Positions 39,284 to 51,012 of a stretch of 64,000 nt of DNA are shown piece after piece. The stretch lies in contig NC_058368.1 of assembly GCF_018350175.1 (NCBI RefSeq), positions 80,416,001 to 80,480,000 on the forward strand, given 5' to 3'. A program made the position numbers and the translations under genes. Position 1 is the first letter of the stretch, and each line of letters starts with the position of its first letter. Source of the DNA: Felis catus. Its lineage: Eukaryota. Under the pieces are notes generated by a model. The model did no database searches, was not told the origin of the DNA, and saw only the letters and a program-made list of their open reading frames with translations.

Positions 39284-39990
39284 TCTTCCAGCAGTTCTTA
39301 AACTGTGACCTGCAGGCCCTTGGGGACCCTGGGGCATTTCCGGGCACCCCAGATGTCATAACCGTACAACCAAGGAGGCAGGACTTCTTCCTGTGTTGAC
39401 AAGTACGTTGATGGTTCACAAGAAATGCTACCAGTCTCAGCAACAATTTCCCAACTACTATTCTATTTTTCAGCACTGCAGTTTTTAAAAAGCCAATTCC
39501 ACTTAAGAATGTCCTTGACACAGTGAAAATAATTTTATTAAGATCTCGACCGCCGAGTACGTATTCTGCGTGATGGAACAGAAGGCACACATAAAGGATT
39601 TCTGCCGCACGGTGGGGGCTGTCTCTAGGAAAAGCACGTGTCTGCGGCACAGTGTAACTAGTTGCTTTTTTCTGGAAACATCGTTTTCACTTGAAAGCAC
39701 GATTGAGAAACTACAGTTACTAAGACCTGGGTGTCTGACAGATAACGTTCTGTGGAATTTCACCAGGTGACCCTAGCCACTTCAAGAGAAACGACTGAGT
39801 CTGAAGAGGAAGTTTGAGCTTTCGAGCAAAAATTAGAATTTCCAAACTTGTATCTACCACCATGCACTTGACAGTTTCCAGCTGTGAACTTTTATGAGAC
39901 TGTTATTGATATTAAGGTGATTTTTTTTATAACAAATACAATGTTTCAGCATTTGGAAGATCTGCAAAACTCAGTTAAAGAGTATTTTCC

Positions 39991-40176
39991 AGCCCCCTGG
40001 GTGGCTCAGTCGGTTGAGCATCTGACTTTGGCTCAGGTCGTGATCTCACGGTTCGTGGGTTTGAGCCGCGCATCGGGCTCTGTGCTGACAGCTCAGAGCC
40101 TGGAGCCTGCTTCGGATTCTGTGTCTCCCTCTCCCTCTCTGCGCCTCCCTGATTCACACTCTCTCTTAAAAATAAA

Positions 40177-40211
<35 letters not shown>

Positions 40212-40213
40212 AA
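39991..40213 (+). mobile_element. SINEC_Fc with a long poly-A tail
   Basis: SINE body and a ~30-nt A tail. Confidence 0.92.
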
Positions 40214-40401
40214 GAAATTCACTGATATGGTCTGATTCAACACTGCAACTAACCCTGAAGAAACGACCACTGTAGAGTTCTGGTGTATCAATTATCTGTT
40301 TGAGGCCATATTTTCTTTACATACTTCAACCAAAACATTTATTTAAACCTTTCTCTTTCAAGTGTTTTATAGTTTTCAGTGTAGGGTTTTGAGTATCTTT
40401 T

Positions 40402-42498
40402 TCTTAAATACAATGAACATACAGTGTTACATTAGTTTCAGGTGTACAATGGGCTTCAGCAATTCTATACATTTCTCAGTGCTCATCAAGGTAAGTGTGC
40501 TTTTCATTCCCTTTATCCGTCTCGTCCATACCAATCCACCTCCCCTGTTAACCACCAGTTTGTTCTCTGTACTTAAGTCTGGTTTTGGTTGGTCTCTTTT
40601 GTTTTGCTTCTTAAATTCTACATACGAATGAGATCATATGGTATCTGTCTTTCTCTAACTTATTTCACCCAGCATTATACCCTCTAGGTCCATCCATGTC
40701 GTGGCAAATGGCAAAACTTCATTCTATTTTATGACTGAACAATATTCCACTGTATATATATACATATACACACCACCTCTTCTCTATCCTTCATGTATCG
40801 ATGGGCACTTGGGCTGCTTCCATATCTTGGCTGTTGCAAATAATGCTGCAGTAAACACAGGGGGCATGTATCCTTTCGAATTAGTGGTTTCATTTTTTAG
40901 GGGGGTTAATAGTAGTGGAATTACTGGGTCGTATGGTAATTCTGTTTTTAATTTTTGAAGAACCTTCATATTTTCATAGTGGCTGCAGCGATTTGCATTC
41001 CCACCAAGAAGTTCATTTTTTTCCACCTCCTCGCCAACACTTGTTTCTTGTGTTTATTTCAGCCATTCCGACAGGTGTGAGGTGATATCTCAGTGTGATT
41101 TGGATGTGTATTTCCCTGACGATGAGGGATGTTGAACATCTTTTCATGTGTCCGTTGGCCACCTATAGGCCTACTCTGACACTCTATCCATTTTTTTTAA
41201 ACTTGAAGTTTATTTATTTGAGAGCGAGCGAGCACAGGAGTAGGGAAAGGACAGAGAGAGGAGAGAGAGAATTCCAAGCAGGCTCTGCACTGTCAGTGTG
41301 GAGCCCAATGTGAGACGCAAACTCACGAACCATGAGATCATGACCTGAGTGGAAATCAAGAGTCAGACACTTACCTGACTGAGCCACCCAGGTGCCCCTC
41401 CTCTGTCCATTTTTAACTGGACTGTTTTGTTTTGCGTAGAGTTATGTAAGTTCTTTATATAGTTTGGATACTAATCCCTTGCCAAATATATCAGTTGCAA
41501 ATATCTTCTCCCAGCCAGCTGATTGCCTTGTTTTACGGTGGCTTCCTTTGCTGTGGTAAAGGTTTTTTTTTTTTTTTTTTTTGGTGTAATCCTAATAGTT
41601 TAACTTTGCTTTTATTTCCCTTGCCAGAGGAGACATATATAGAAAAATGTTTCCACGGCTGATGTCAAAGAAATGACTGCCTTTGTTTTCTTCTAAGATT
41701 TTTATGGCTTCAGGTCTTACATTTAGCTCATTTTGAATTTATTTTTGTGTGTGGTGTGATAAAGTGGTCCATTTTCATTCTTTTGCACACAACTATGCAG
41801 TTTTCCCAACACCAGTATCTGAAGAGACTTTCCCCATCGTATAGTCTTGCCTCTTTTGCTGTAGATAACTGACTATATAAGCATAGGTTTACTTTTGGGC
41901 TGTTCCGTTGATCTGTGTCTATTTTTGGGCCACTACCATACTGTTTTGATTACTATAGTTCTATGATATAACTTTAAGTCCAGAATTTTGATGCCTCATT
42001 TTGTTCTTTTTTTCAAGATTACTTTGGCTATTTGAAGTCCTTTGGGGTTCCAAACAAATTTTTAGTATTATTTGTTCTAGCCCTGTGAAAAATGCTGGTG
42101 GTATGTTGATAGGGTTGCATTAAGTCTGTAGATTGCTTTGGGTAGTGTAGACATTTTAACAAGATTTGTTCTTCCAATCCATGAGCATGGGATGTCGTCC
42201 CATCTGTTTGTGTCTCCTTCAATTACTTTCACCAGTGTTTTATAGTTTTCAGAGTATAGAGCTTTCAAGTCCTTGGTTAAATGTTATTCCTAGGTATTTT
42301 ATCATATTGGGTGCAACTGTAAGTGGGATTTTCTTAATGTCTCTTTTTTGCTATTTCATTAATGTATTTCATTATGTATAGATTTCTGCTTATTAATTTT
42401 GTATTCTGCAACCTTACTGAATTCATTCATCAGTGCTAGTAGTTTTCTGGTGGAGTCTTTAGGGCTTTCTGTATATATATCATGTCATCTGCAAACAG
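40402..42498 (-). mobile_element. Carnivore L1, 5'-truncated within the RT domain
   Basis: 3' end tacagtgttacattagtttcaggtgtacaa; ORF2 peptides ENYKTL...IPCSWIGR and PYDPVIPLL. The 5' junction reads (minus) ctgtttgcagatgacatg = LFADDM. Confidence 0.92.
41191..41398 (-). mobile_element. Can-SINE inserted into the L1
   Basis: TSD-like ctctatccattttt / ctctgtccattttt. Confidence 0.9.
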
Positions 42499-42668
42499 AT
42501 TTTCTTTCCATAGTTCAACCAAAACATTCACTTGAACCTTTTTTTTTTTTCTCTGAAATGTTTTACAGTTTCCAGTGTGGAGATCTTGAATATCTTTTAA
42601 GATATATCCCTAGGTATTTTATGGTTTTTGGTGTTAATGTAAACGGACTTTTTAAAGTCTAATTTACT

Positions 42669-42893
42669 GGGGCGCCTGGGTGGCTTGGTCGGTTAAGCGT
42701 CCGACTTCGGCTCAGGTCACGATCTCACGGTCCATGAGTTCGAGTCCCGCGTCGGGCTCTGTGCTGACGGCTCAAAGCCTGGAGCCTGTTTCGGATTCTG
42801 TGTCTCCCTCTCTCTCTGCCCCTCCCCTGTTCATGCTCTGTCTCTCTCTGTCTCAAAAATAAATAAACGTTAAAAAATAAAATAAAAAAAAAA
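42669..42893 (+). mobile_element. SINEC_Fc
   Basis: TSD-like aaagtctaatttac / aaagtctaacttac. Confidence 0.94.
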
Positions 42894-43136
42894 AGTCTAA
42901 CTTACCAATTGTTTGCCACTAGTATTTAAGTACACAAGCACCTAACAGGGTCTTCAGACCAAAAAAAGTTAAGAACCAGTTAACTATTATAATAGTTTAG
43001 GATGCACTTAATTTTGGTGAGACATGCAGAGCAAAATTTAAGCTTATTCTTGGTCAATGTTAAAATGACGTCCATATGTTTTTAAAGTACTAGATCATTC
43101 TTTGTCTTCTTAAAGTCTTAATTTAAAAAAATTTCC

Positions 43137-43774
43137 TGGGAATGCAAGCTGGTGCAGCCACTGAGGAAAACAGTGTGGAGGTTCCTCAAAAAACTAAAAA
43201 TAGAACTACCCTATTACCCAGCAATTGCACTACTAGGCATTTATCCACGGGATACAGATGTGCTGTTTCAAAGGGGCATATGCACCCCCATGTTTATAGC
43301 AGCACCATCGACAATAGCCAAAGTATGGAAAGAGCTCAAATGTCCATCGATGGATGAATGGATAAAGAAGATGTGGTCTATATATACAATGGAGTATTAC
43401 TCGGCAATCAAAAAGAATGAAATCTTGGCATTTGCAACTACGTGGATAGAACTGGAGGGTACTATGCTAAGTGAAATTAGTCAGTGAAAGACAAAAATCA
43501 TATGACTTCACTCATATGAGGACTTCAAAATCCAAACAGATGAACATAAGGGAAGGGAAGCAAAAATAATATAAAAACAGGGAGGGGGATAAAACACAAG
43601 AGACTCATAAATATGGAGAACAAACTGAGGGTTGCTGGAGGGGTTGTGGGAGAGGGGAGGGCCTAAATGGGGGAGGGGCACTAAGGAATCTACTCTTGAA
43701 ATCATTGTTGCGCCATATGCTAACTTGGATGTAAATTATAAAAAACAATAATAAAATTAAAAATTAAAAAAAAA
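43137..43774 (+). mobile_element. 5'-truncated felid/carnivore L1 3' end
   Basis: Intact-looking ORF2 C-terminus [31 protein letters not shown]...MLSEISQ*, G-rich 3'UTR and A-tail; imperfect TSD aaaaaaatttcc / aaaaaaactcc. Confidence 0.94.
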
Positions 43775-43894
43775 CTCCCCCAAATATATACAAAGTACAC
43801 AGAACAATGAACATTTGCATACCCAGTGTCAATATCAGCTCACATCCAGGCTTGTTTGAGCTTTGTCTCCACTCACTTTACCACTCCTGTTTCA

Positions 43895-44105
43895 GTTTTT
43901 TTTAATGTTTTATTTTATTTTTGAGACAGAGAGAGACAGATATGAATGAGGGAGGGTCAGAGAGAGAGGGAGACACAGAATCTGAAGCAGGCTCCAGGCT
44001 CTGGCTGTCAGCACAGAGCCCGGCAGAGGGCTCGAACTCGTGAACTGAGAGATCATGACCTGAGCTGAAGTCGGACACTTAACCGACTGAGCCGCCCAGG
44101 AGCCT
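43895..44105 (-). mobile_element. SINEC_Fc
   Basis: Full structure. Confidence 0.9.
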
Positions 44106-44399
44106 CTTGGGTTGCTGTCTTTTATGAAAATAAGCACGCAGGGACATTACTGTTGGCTGACAGCAATTTAGACCCCTAAGAGCCACCTAGTGAGACCAAG
44201 TATCCATACAACTAGAGCACACATGTTAACAAATCAAACGGTGGTAAGAAATAACTACATGGGCAGGATCAGGGGAGTCAAGTAAAATCTTACAAGCAAA
44301 ATAAAAGTCAATACTGAACTTGAACCTCCCTTCCTGTTTCCTGCACAGATGCGCCCTACGGGCCCTCACACCTTGGAAAGAAAGAACACCCTAGGAACA

Positions 44400-45499
44400 A
44401 CTCGAGTGTGAGAGTTTTTTATTCAATTTGTAAAGAACAGTTTAAAAACAACATGTTAGTTACACTCTTAGAACATTGGTTTGTTCATCTGACATTTTCT
44501 CGATCTTCACCAATTTTTATTACAAAAATCAGAAAAGTAAAAATTCATTACAATATTTGCACAGTGTGACCACTAGTTGCCTAAACAAAAGCTAATTTCT
44601 ATAAAACCATGAACTTAGTGCAGTTTTATTAAGAGAGATCCGAAATTCTCTCAGTTGACTGGATATACATAGTGGTATACATTTTAAAGCAGAAAACCCC
44701 AAAAAACAAAAACGAGGAAAAAAGAAAATATAAGTCAAAAAGTCAGTTAAACATTCTGACCTGGCAGTTCCTACAAAGAGTAATTTCCACTACCTACAAA
44801 GGAAACCGTTATCTGTGGGAAAAGGTGTAGAGACAAAGCAAGAAATGTGGAATAATATCATAGGTCAGTCCCGGGCTGCACGTATTTTCAATGAAATCCA
44901 GGGCAGGGAGCCACGGCTTTAAAGAAGGGGCCGCTCACACCCCCGAACCACTACGTGTGGCTCTAAGCAAGACCTCACCACACGGCAAGTCGCAAAGTTT
45001 CCATGAAAAGACTGAAAAATCAAACATTCTCTTCAAGAAATCTTTGTAAGGCTATACTTTGCATAGGGAAAGAGCTGTCTTCTGTCACAAATTCTACAGG
45101 AAAGAGTAAAAGCAAGCTCTTCAAAATCACTATGTGCAAGGAGTTGAATCAGCAGGCACCTCATTTTCTGGCCCCAATTTATGTTGATCAGATATAATTT
45201 AATTTGACTGAAGGAACAATGGCAACTAAGGTGACGGTATTCAAAAGAAAACACTGCGGCTGGCGGGAGAAGAATTCAACTCCAGAAGAGGCTCACCATC
45301 CTGTGAAAGAAACAGCTATGCACTTAGTAAGCCCTACGCGTGCATACAATAGGGACTCGGGAGGAACTTTTCCAATAAAAGCTTATTTTTTCCAGAAAGC
45401 TAAAGTATAAAAAAATAGTACAAGTCGCAGCATTCCCTCAAATCGATGCCACTTCAGGACTGAGCTGGCTGCTGCAGGGGGGTGGGGGCGAGTGCGTCT
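44400..45499 (-). other. ANKRD10: ANKRD10 3'UTR (~1.1 kb)
   Basis: Repeat-free, increasingly AU-rich sequence between the stop codon and a cluster of AATAAA signals. The exact cleavage site is inferred. Confidence 0.8.
44418..44423 (-). terminator. Distal polyadenylation signal AATAAA of ANKRD10
   Basis: Minus strand reads GAATAAAAAACTCTCACACTCGAG, followed by a U/GU-rich downstream element (ttgttcctagggtgttctttctttcc), with TGTA upstream near 44460. Additional AATAAA at 44516-44521 and 44625-44630. Confidence 0.75.
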
Positions 45500-46006
<507 letters not shown>

Positions 46007-47670
46007 TCAGAACCGGGGGGGGGGGGAGGAGAAAGTGCAAAAAATGTTTCACTGCTGCTACAATTGTAAAGGGTTTATTTAGCTTTTGTTTTTTCTCTCA
46101 AACAGACCGGTTCCTTCGCCGAAATAGAAAACTGTGCACTGGCAGATTTAAAAATAGAACACAACAGTGCCACTTGCCTGGTAAGATAGGAAACATTTAT
46201 GAATTTCAGTAGCATCGAGTAGCTGAGTTTAAAAACCTAAGCTGACAAATAACGCGGCACGAAAAATACCAGCAGTACTGAAAAGCTGTCAAAAAAAAAA
46301 AACCTGTTCTCATTTTAAGACTACTTTCAGAAAGAAGTTTTAAAAATCACCCAAGAAAAAAGTCCAGCAGAACTATACGGAAGGATTTCCACGGAGCTAA
46401 AATAAAACCCCACACCTCTGCAGCTCTTAAGGGAAAAAGAGAAGGGTCTGTGAAGCCGGGCCTGGGGCAGCTCCTGGGACCAGGCGAGACAGTGGCGCAG
46501 AGCTCCGTGGAGGCCGCCCGCCTCTCAAGCCGGGGAGGTGGACGCAAGAGGTCACGTCTTAGCGCCACTCGCATCCACCTGGCACTTCTGCGAGATGCCA
46601 CACGGCGGCGCAGGCACAGCGCAGAGCGGCGACGAGAGAACGAGTCGCTAAGTGTTTTCCCGCGTCCGCCCTGGGGCCAGCGGCACATTGGCACTGACTG
46701 GCGGGCTCCTCCAAGTTCAGCATTTACAGGGACAACGGGGTCCAAGGCTTCACCTAATTGGACTGCTGTAAAAAATCACTTACGGTGGAAAAACGTTGAT
46801 TGTTTAGACATCCATTAAGAGGAGGATGCCTTATGGGGGGAGGGGGGAAGAGTCAGTCACAACACGTGCGGACCCACGGGAAGAGCCAGTACGAGGTATT
46901 TTTCGGTACGAGGAGACTCAAGACTACCATTTGTGTTCGTGGGGATTCGCTCAACAGCACAGAGGATCATCTACGATCAGGTCTTGCTTGTGACACTGAA
47001 TTTAATCTCAATGGTCTGGGCTATTAAAGAAAGGTATTAAATACAGAGGAGAGGAGTCCCACTGCCTTCCCAGCGAGGACGCGTCTCTGCCCCCCAGCAG
47101 GGCTTGCTGTCCGCTGCGCCACCTGCCATCTGTGCGCCTCTGACTGGCGTCTGGACACCAGGCTTCTGTGTGATCCACAAATCTTCCCGCCAACAAAAAG
47201 ATCATGGCTTGTTCAGTGAACAAAAACACCTTCCAAACATTCCATTAACCATCCATTTTTTCTGGAAATTTAAGTGATAATCATAGTTTGGAAACTGCTA
47301 TAAATTCTTCAGAGGATAAGGGATTATTATTATTTTTTTTTTTCAAATTAAATGGCAGCTTTCCCATTTAGCCTTGTTTACTCAAGGCCAGAGAACAAGT
47401 GTCTCAAGAACCTAATAAAAAGAAATGAAACAAGATATTCCCAGAGAAACATTTATATCAGTTATTTTTCAAAAATAAAGTATAGACAACGTTTCCTGGG
47501 TGGTCAAACTCCCGACTATGATGGCAACCTTGACAGTGATTAGGACAAATAACGATGCACTTTTCACAAAGATGGATAGTACATTTCCAGGTGACTGGAC
47601 CTGAAAAGGTAAATGAGCATGACCTTGGAAATCCAAGTTACCCAGACGCACTGTTCCCATGTAGTGTTCC

Positions 47671-47672
<2 letters not shown>

Positions 47673-47713
<41 letters not shown>

Positions 47714-47725
47714 CATGTGTGCGTG
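47673..47725. repeat. (TG)n/(CG)n microsatellite in ANKRD10 intron 5
   Basis: Read directly. Confidence 0.93.
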
Positions 47726-49170
47726 TTGTTTCTCTTCGGTGCCCAGTTAGTGTAAATTAGCTCCATTATGCAATCTCAAAATCGAGGCCAGTTGATAACC
47801 TCACGTCGTCATGGAGTATCTAATAAAACTGAGCCTGAAAATAGCAGGTATCCCAGAGACTGGCTGAGCTGTGACCCCCGCATGGCCGGGACTGCGTCCT
47901 CCTGGCCGTCCTCACTTGGCTCCAGGCGCTCCTTGGGGCCCGCGCTCCTGCTCCCCGTCTGCCCACCCACCGTGGGGGATCCCCGGCAGCCCAGTACCCT
48001 GTGTGTGTGCCGGCACACAGTGCCGTAAGCTGAGGGGAAATGTGGCATCTGCTCCGTTGGATGAGCTGGGCTTGAAACGAAGCGTGGCCTTTTCAATCTA
48101 CGCCCAAGCCTGGCATTAAGTTCAGCCCGAAAACCCAGGGAATTAGTGTGTGAAGAGTAAAGAGTGATTACTCCTGCCTTTTTAAAAGCATGTAGCAATG
48201 CCATTTATTTATTTATTTATTTTTTTTTGAAGAGCTTTGAGTTTTGTTTTTCGTCTTTGGCCAAGGTCTTTAAATGTGTTATCCAATCAAAATTTCCCTT
48301 AGAAAATCTACCCACTGAATTCTTTGGCAAAAAGGCGAATCCACCCATAACAACCCTGTACGCTTCTAGAAAGATGTGCACATTTCCCTCTCATTTTAGT
48401 AAATAGAAATGATTTCTTCACGTACATCTGGGAAACCATACACATAATCTCCTACCCCACTGAAGAATTTAGCACAGAGATACACTAACAAAGCCTTAAA
48501 AACCAACCAAGCAACCAACCAGTATCTCCTTCTAAACGTATCAACACAGGAGGAAACAGCTAACGTGTTTTCAGGGTCACCTGAAGAATGGCAGAGCAAA
48601 GTGTTAACTGAAAGGATACATCTTGAGAGATTCTAAATGCTAAAAAGAAATGGAGCCTTCAACTTTTAAAAACTGAAAATGACTATCAACCGTTTGAACA
48701 TGTTAACACTCTGGGCACGCAAAATGTGTTTCGTGAGGCGCGGTGTTCAGCGACGCCCCAGAAGCCAGAGCGACCGGGAGCGGCGAGCAGGAGAGTCCAC
48801 AGCGGCGTGACCAGTCACGAGTGAGAACCACGCGTCAGCTGGAGCTCCTTGTCTACAGCGGGTCACGCTCCCCGCCCTTTATCCCGCTGAGATTACCAGC
48901 AACGGACGCCCCGTCCGGTGCGTTCACCCAAAGGTCACATGTCAGAAAGGGACGCATGCAAAACCCAGGAGAATTAAACAAGGCACGTTAAGCAGAAGTT
49001 TCAAATCAAAATAGGAAGATTGCACTTAACAGCTTTCACAGCTATACAACGTGCACCCAAAACACTCGTATCCTTGTTGTCTACAAACTCGCCCAAGATA
49101 TGCACACGGCAGAACATTCTTTAAAATGCTGGACAACAGAGTGCAAACGTTGTGAGAGAAACTCATGTTA

Positions 49171-49464
<294 letters not shown>

Positions 49465-50089
49465 CTAAGAGCCTTCAAGATAATCCTGTTGCCTCAAGAG
49501 CACTAGCTGCTGTGAAACTGCCAACAACTTGGTGATCCACAGACGGCTGATAAATCAAGTACACTCCTGGGAAACCCCCTTTTCCATAATAAAGAACATC
49601 TCCTCAAGTGTGCGGTTTCAATGAAAAGTCACGGGATTCCAGGTACTCATTCTACGTATGCTCGATGGTACAAATTCTCCTTTAAGACTGTCACCTGGAC
49701 AAAATACAACAGGTGTACAACCCAGAGATGTTTCTAAATAGGTTTTTAAGGTCAGCATATTCTATTATGCCCCCAAATGTTCTTTCAGTTGTGTTTCATA
49801 AATACTAAGATAATTCTTGAATAGCATCAACCATTAAAACTATCTTCAAATTTCAAAACAAAAATCACTAATTTCCGTAGCAGAAAATGAGGTTAAAGTC
49901 AAGACTCAATAGTGTCGTGGTGAGGCACACATGATAAAACTGGAAACAAACCTTAAGAGTCTTAGTTTCAAGACATTTGAGAGGAAGTTACAAATGCACA
50001 TTCCTCAGAAAATGATCATTCTCTGTGTCTTGGAGAAAAACTAGCGTGCACGTTCAATCGTGTCTCCTCCAAGTATCACCTTTGCGCAC

Positions 50090-50520
50090 ACTTCCCCTAG
50101 GAACCCCGTCGACAGGAACAGTCACGGTCACTGGACATTTGGCTTTCTAGTCTTCATAAGTATGTGCTGTTATAAAAATGGACCCCAAAGTCACTTTTAT
50201 GCCTTGCCTTCTTATTCACTGACCATGGAATGAACGCATCTCATCAACTAAGTTCAAAAGAATTCATTAAAGTCGAATAGCCATCCACTGCATGGCTGTT
50301 ATAATTCACCCACCACCAAATCCCCACCGCTGTCTGGCTTTGCTTCAGCTTTCTTTCCTGTCATGAACACCATAATCGACATCCTTATAGACACAGCTCT
50401 GTGTCCATTTCTGGTTCTTTAGTCAGAGAAATACTGAGAATTATTGAGTCCAAGGATATACAACAGTAACTTTCAGAACTAAATATTTCTTTCAAATAAA
50501 CATTTAAAAACTGACACGAA
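50090..50520 (-). mobile_element. Old L1 (L1ME-like) 3' relic
   Basis: gaatagccatccactgcatggctg...gagaattattgagtccaaggatat resembles degenerate L1ME 3' sequence. Confidence 0.5.
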
Positions 50521-50595
50521 CTCTGCAGCTCTAATTACTACTAATTCTAGAGGCACATGAGTCTTTTTCAATATACATAACAGGAATGAGCATCA

Positions 50596-50804
50596 GGGCA
50601 CCTGGGGGCTCAGTTGGTCAAGCATGTGACTTCGGCTCAGGTCATGATCTCATGGTTCGTGGGTTTGAGCCCTGCGTTGGGCTCTGTGCTGTCAGCTCGG
50701 AGCCTGGAGCCTGCTTTGGAATCTGTGTCTCCCTCTCTCTCTGGCCCTCCCCTGCTCATGCTCTCTCTCAAAAATGAACATTAAAAAAAAAAAAAAAAAA
50801 AGAA
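50596..50804 (+). mobile_element. SINEC_Fc (first of a tandem pair)
   Basis: SINE body and poly-A; flanked by aatgagcatca. Confidence 0.92.
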
Positions 50805-50819
50805 AGAAATGAGCATCAA

Positions 50820-51012
50820 GGCCCCTGGATGGCTCAGTCAGTTAAGTGTCTGACTTTGGCTCCGTCATGATCTTGCCATCTGTGGGTTGGAGCCCCGTGT
50901 CAGACTCTGCTGACAGCTCAGAGCCTAGAGCCTGCTTGGGGTTCTCTCCCTGTTCTCTGCCTCTTCCCTGCTCACACTCTGTCTCTCAAAAATGAATAAA
51001 CATTAAAAACAA
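50820..51012 (+). mobile_element. SINEC_Fc (second of the tandem pair)
   Basis: SINE body followed by aacaggaatgagcat. Confidence 0.9.

Larger units (their letters stand above)
39289..42981 (+). mobile_element. Charlie1-type hAT DNA transposon relic with multiple nested insertions
   Basis: 5' end cagcagttcttaaactgtg; internal cacttaagaatgtccttgac...cagcatttggaagatctgcaaaactcagt...catacttcaaccaaaaca; 3' end gggtcttcagaccaaaaaaagttaagaaccagt. Matches the recalled Charlie1 consensus. Confidence 0.75.
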
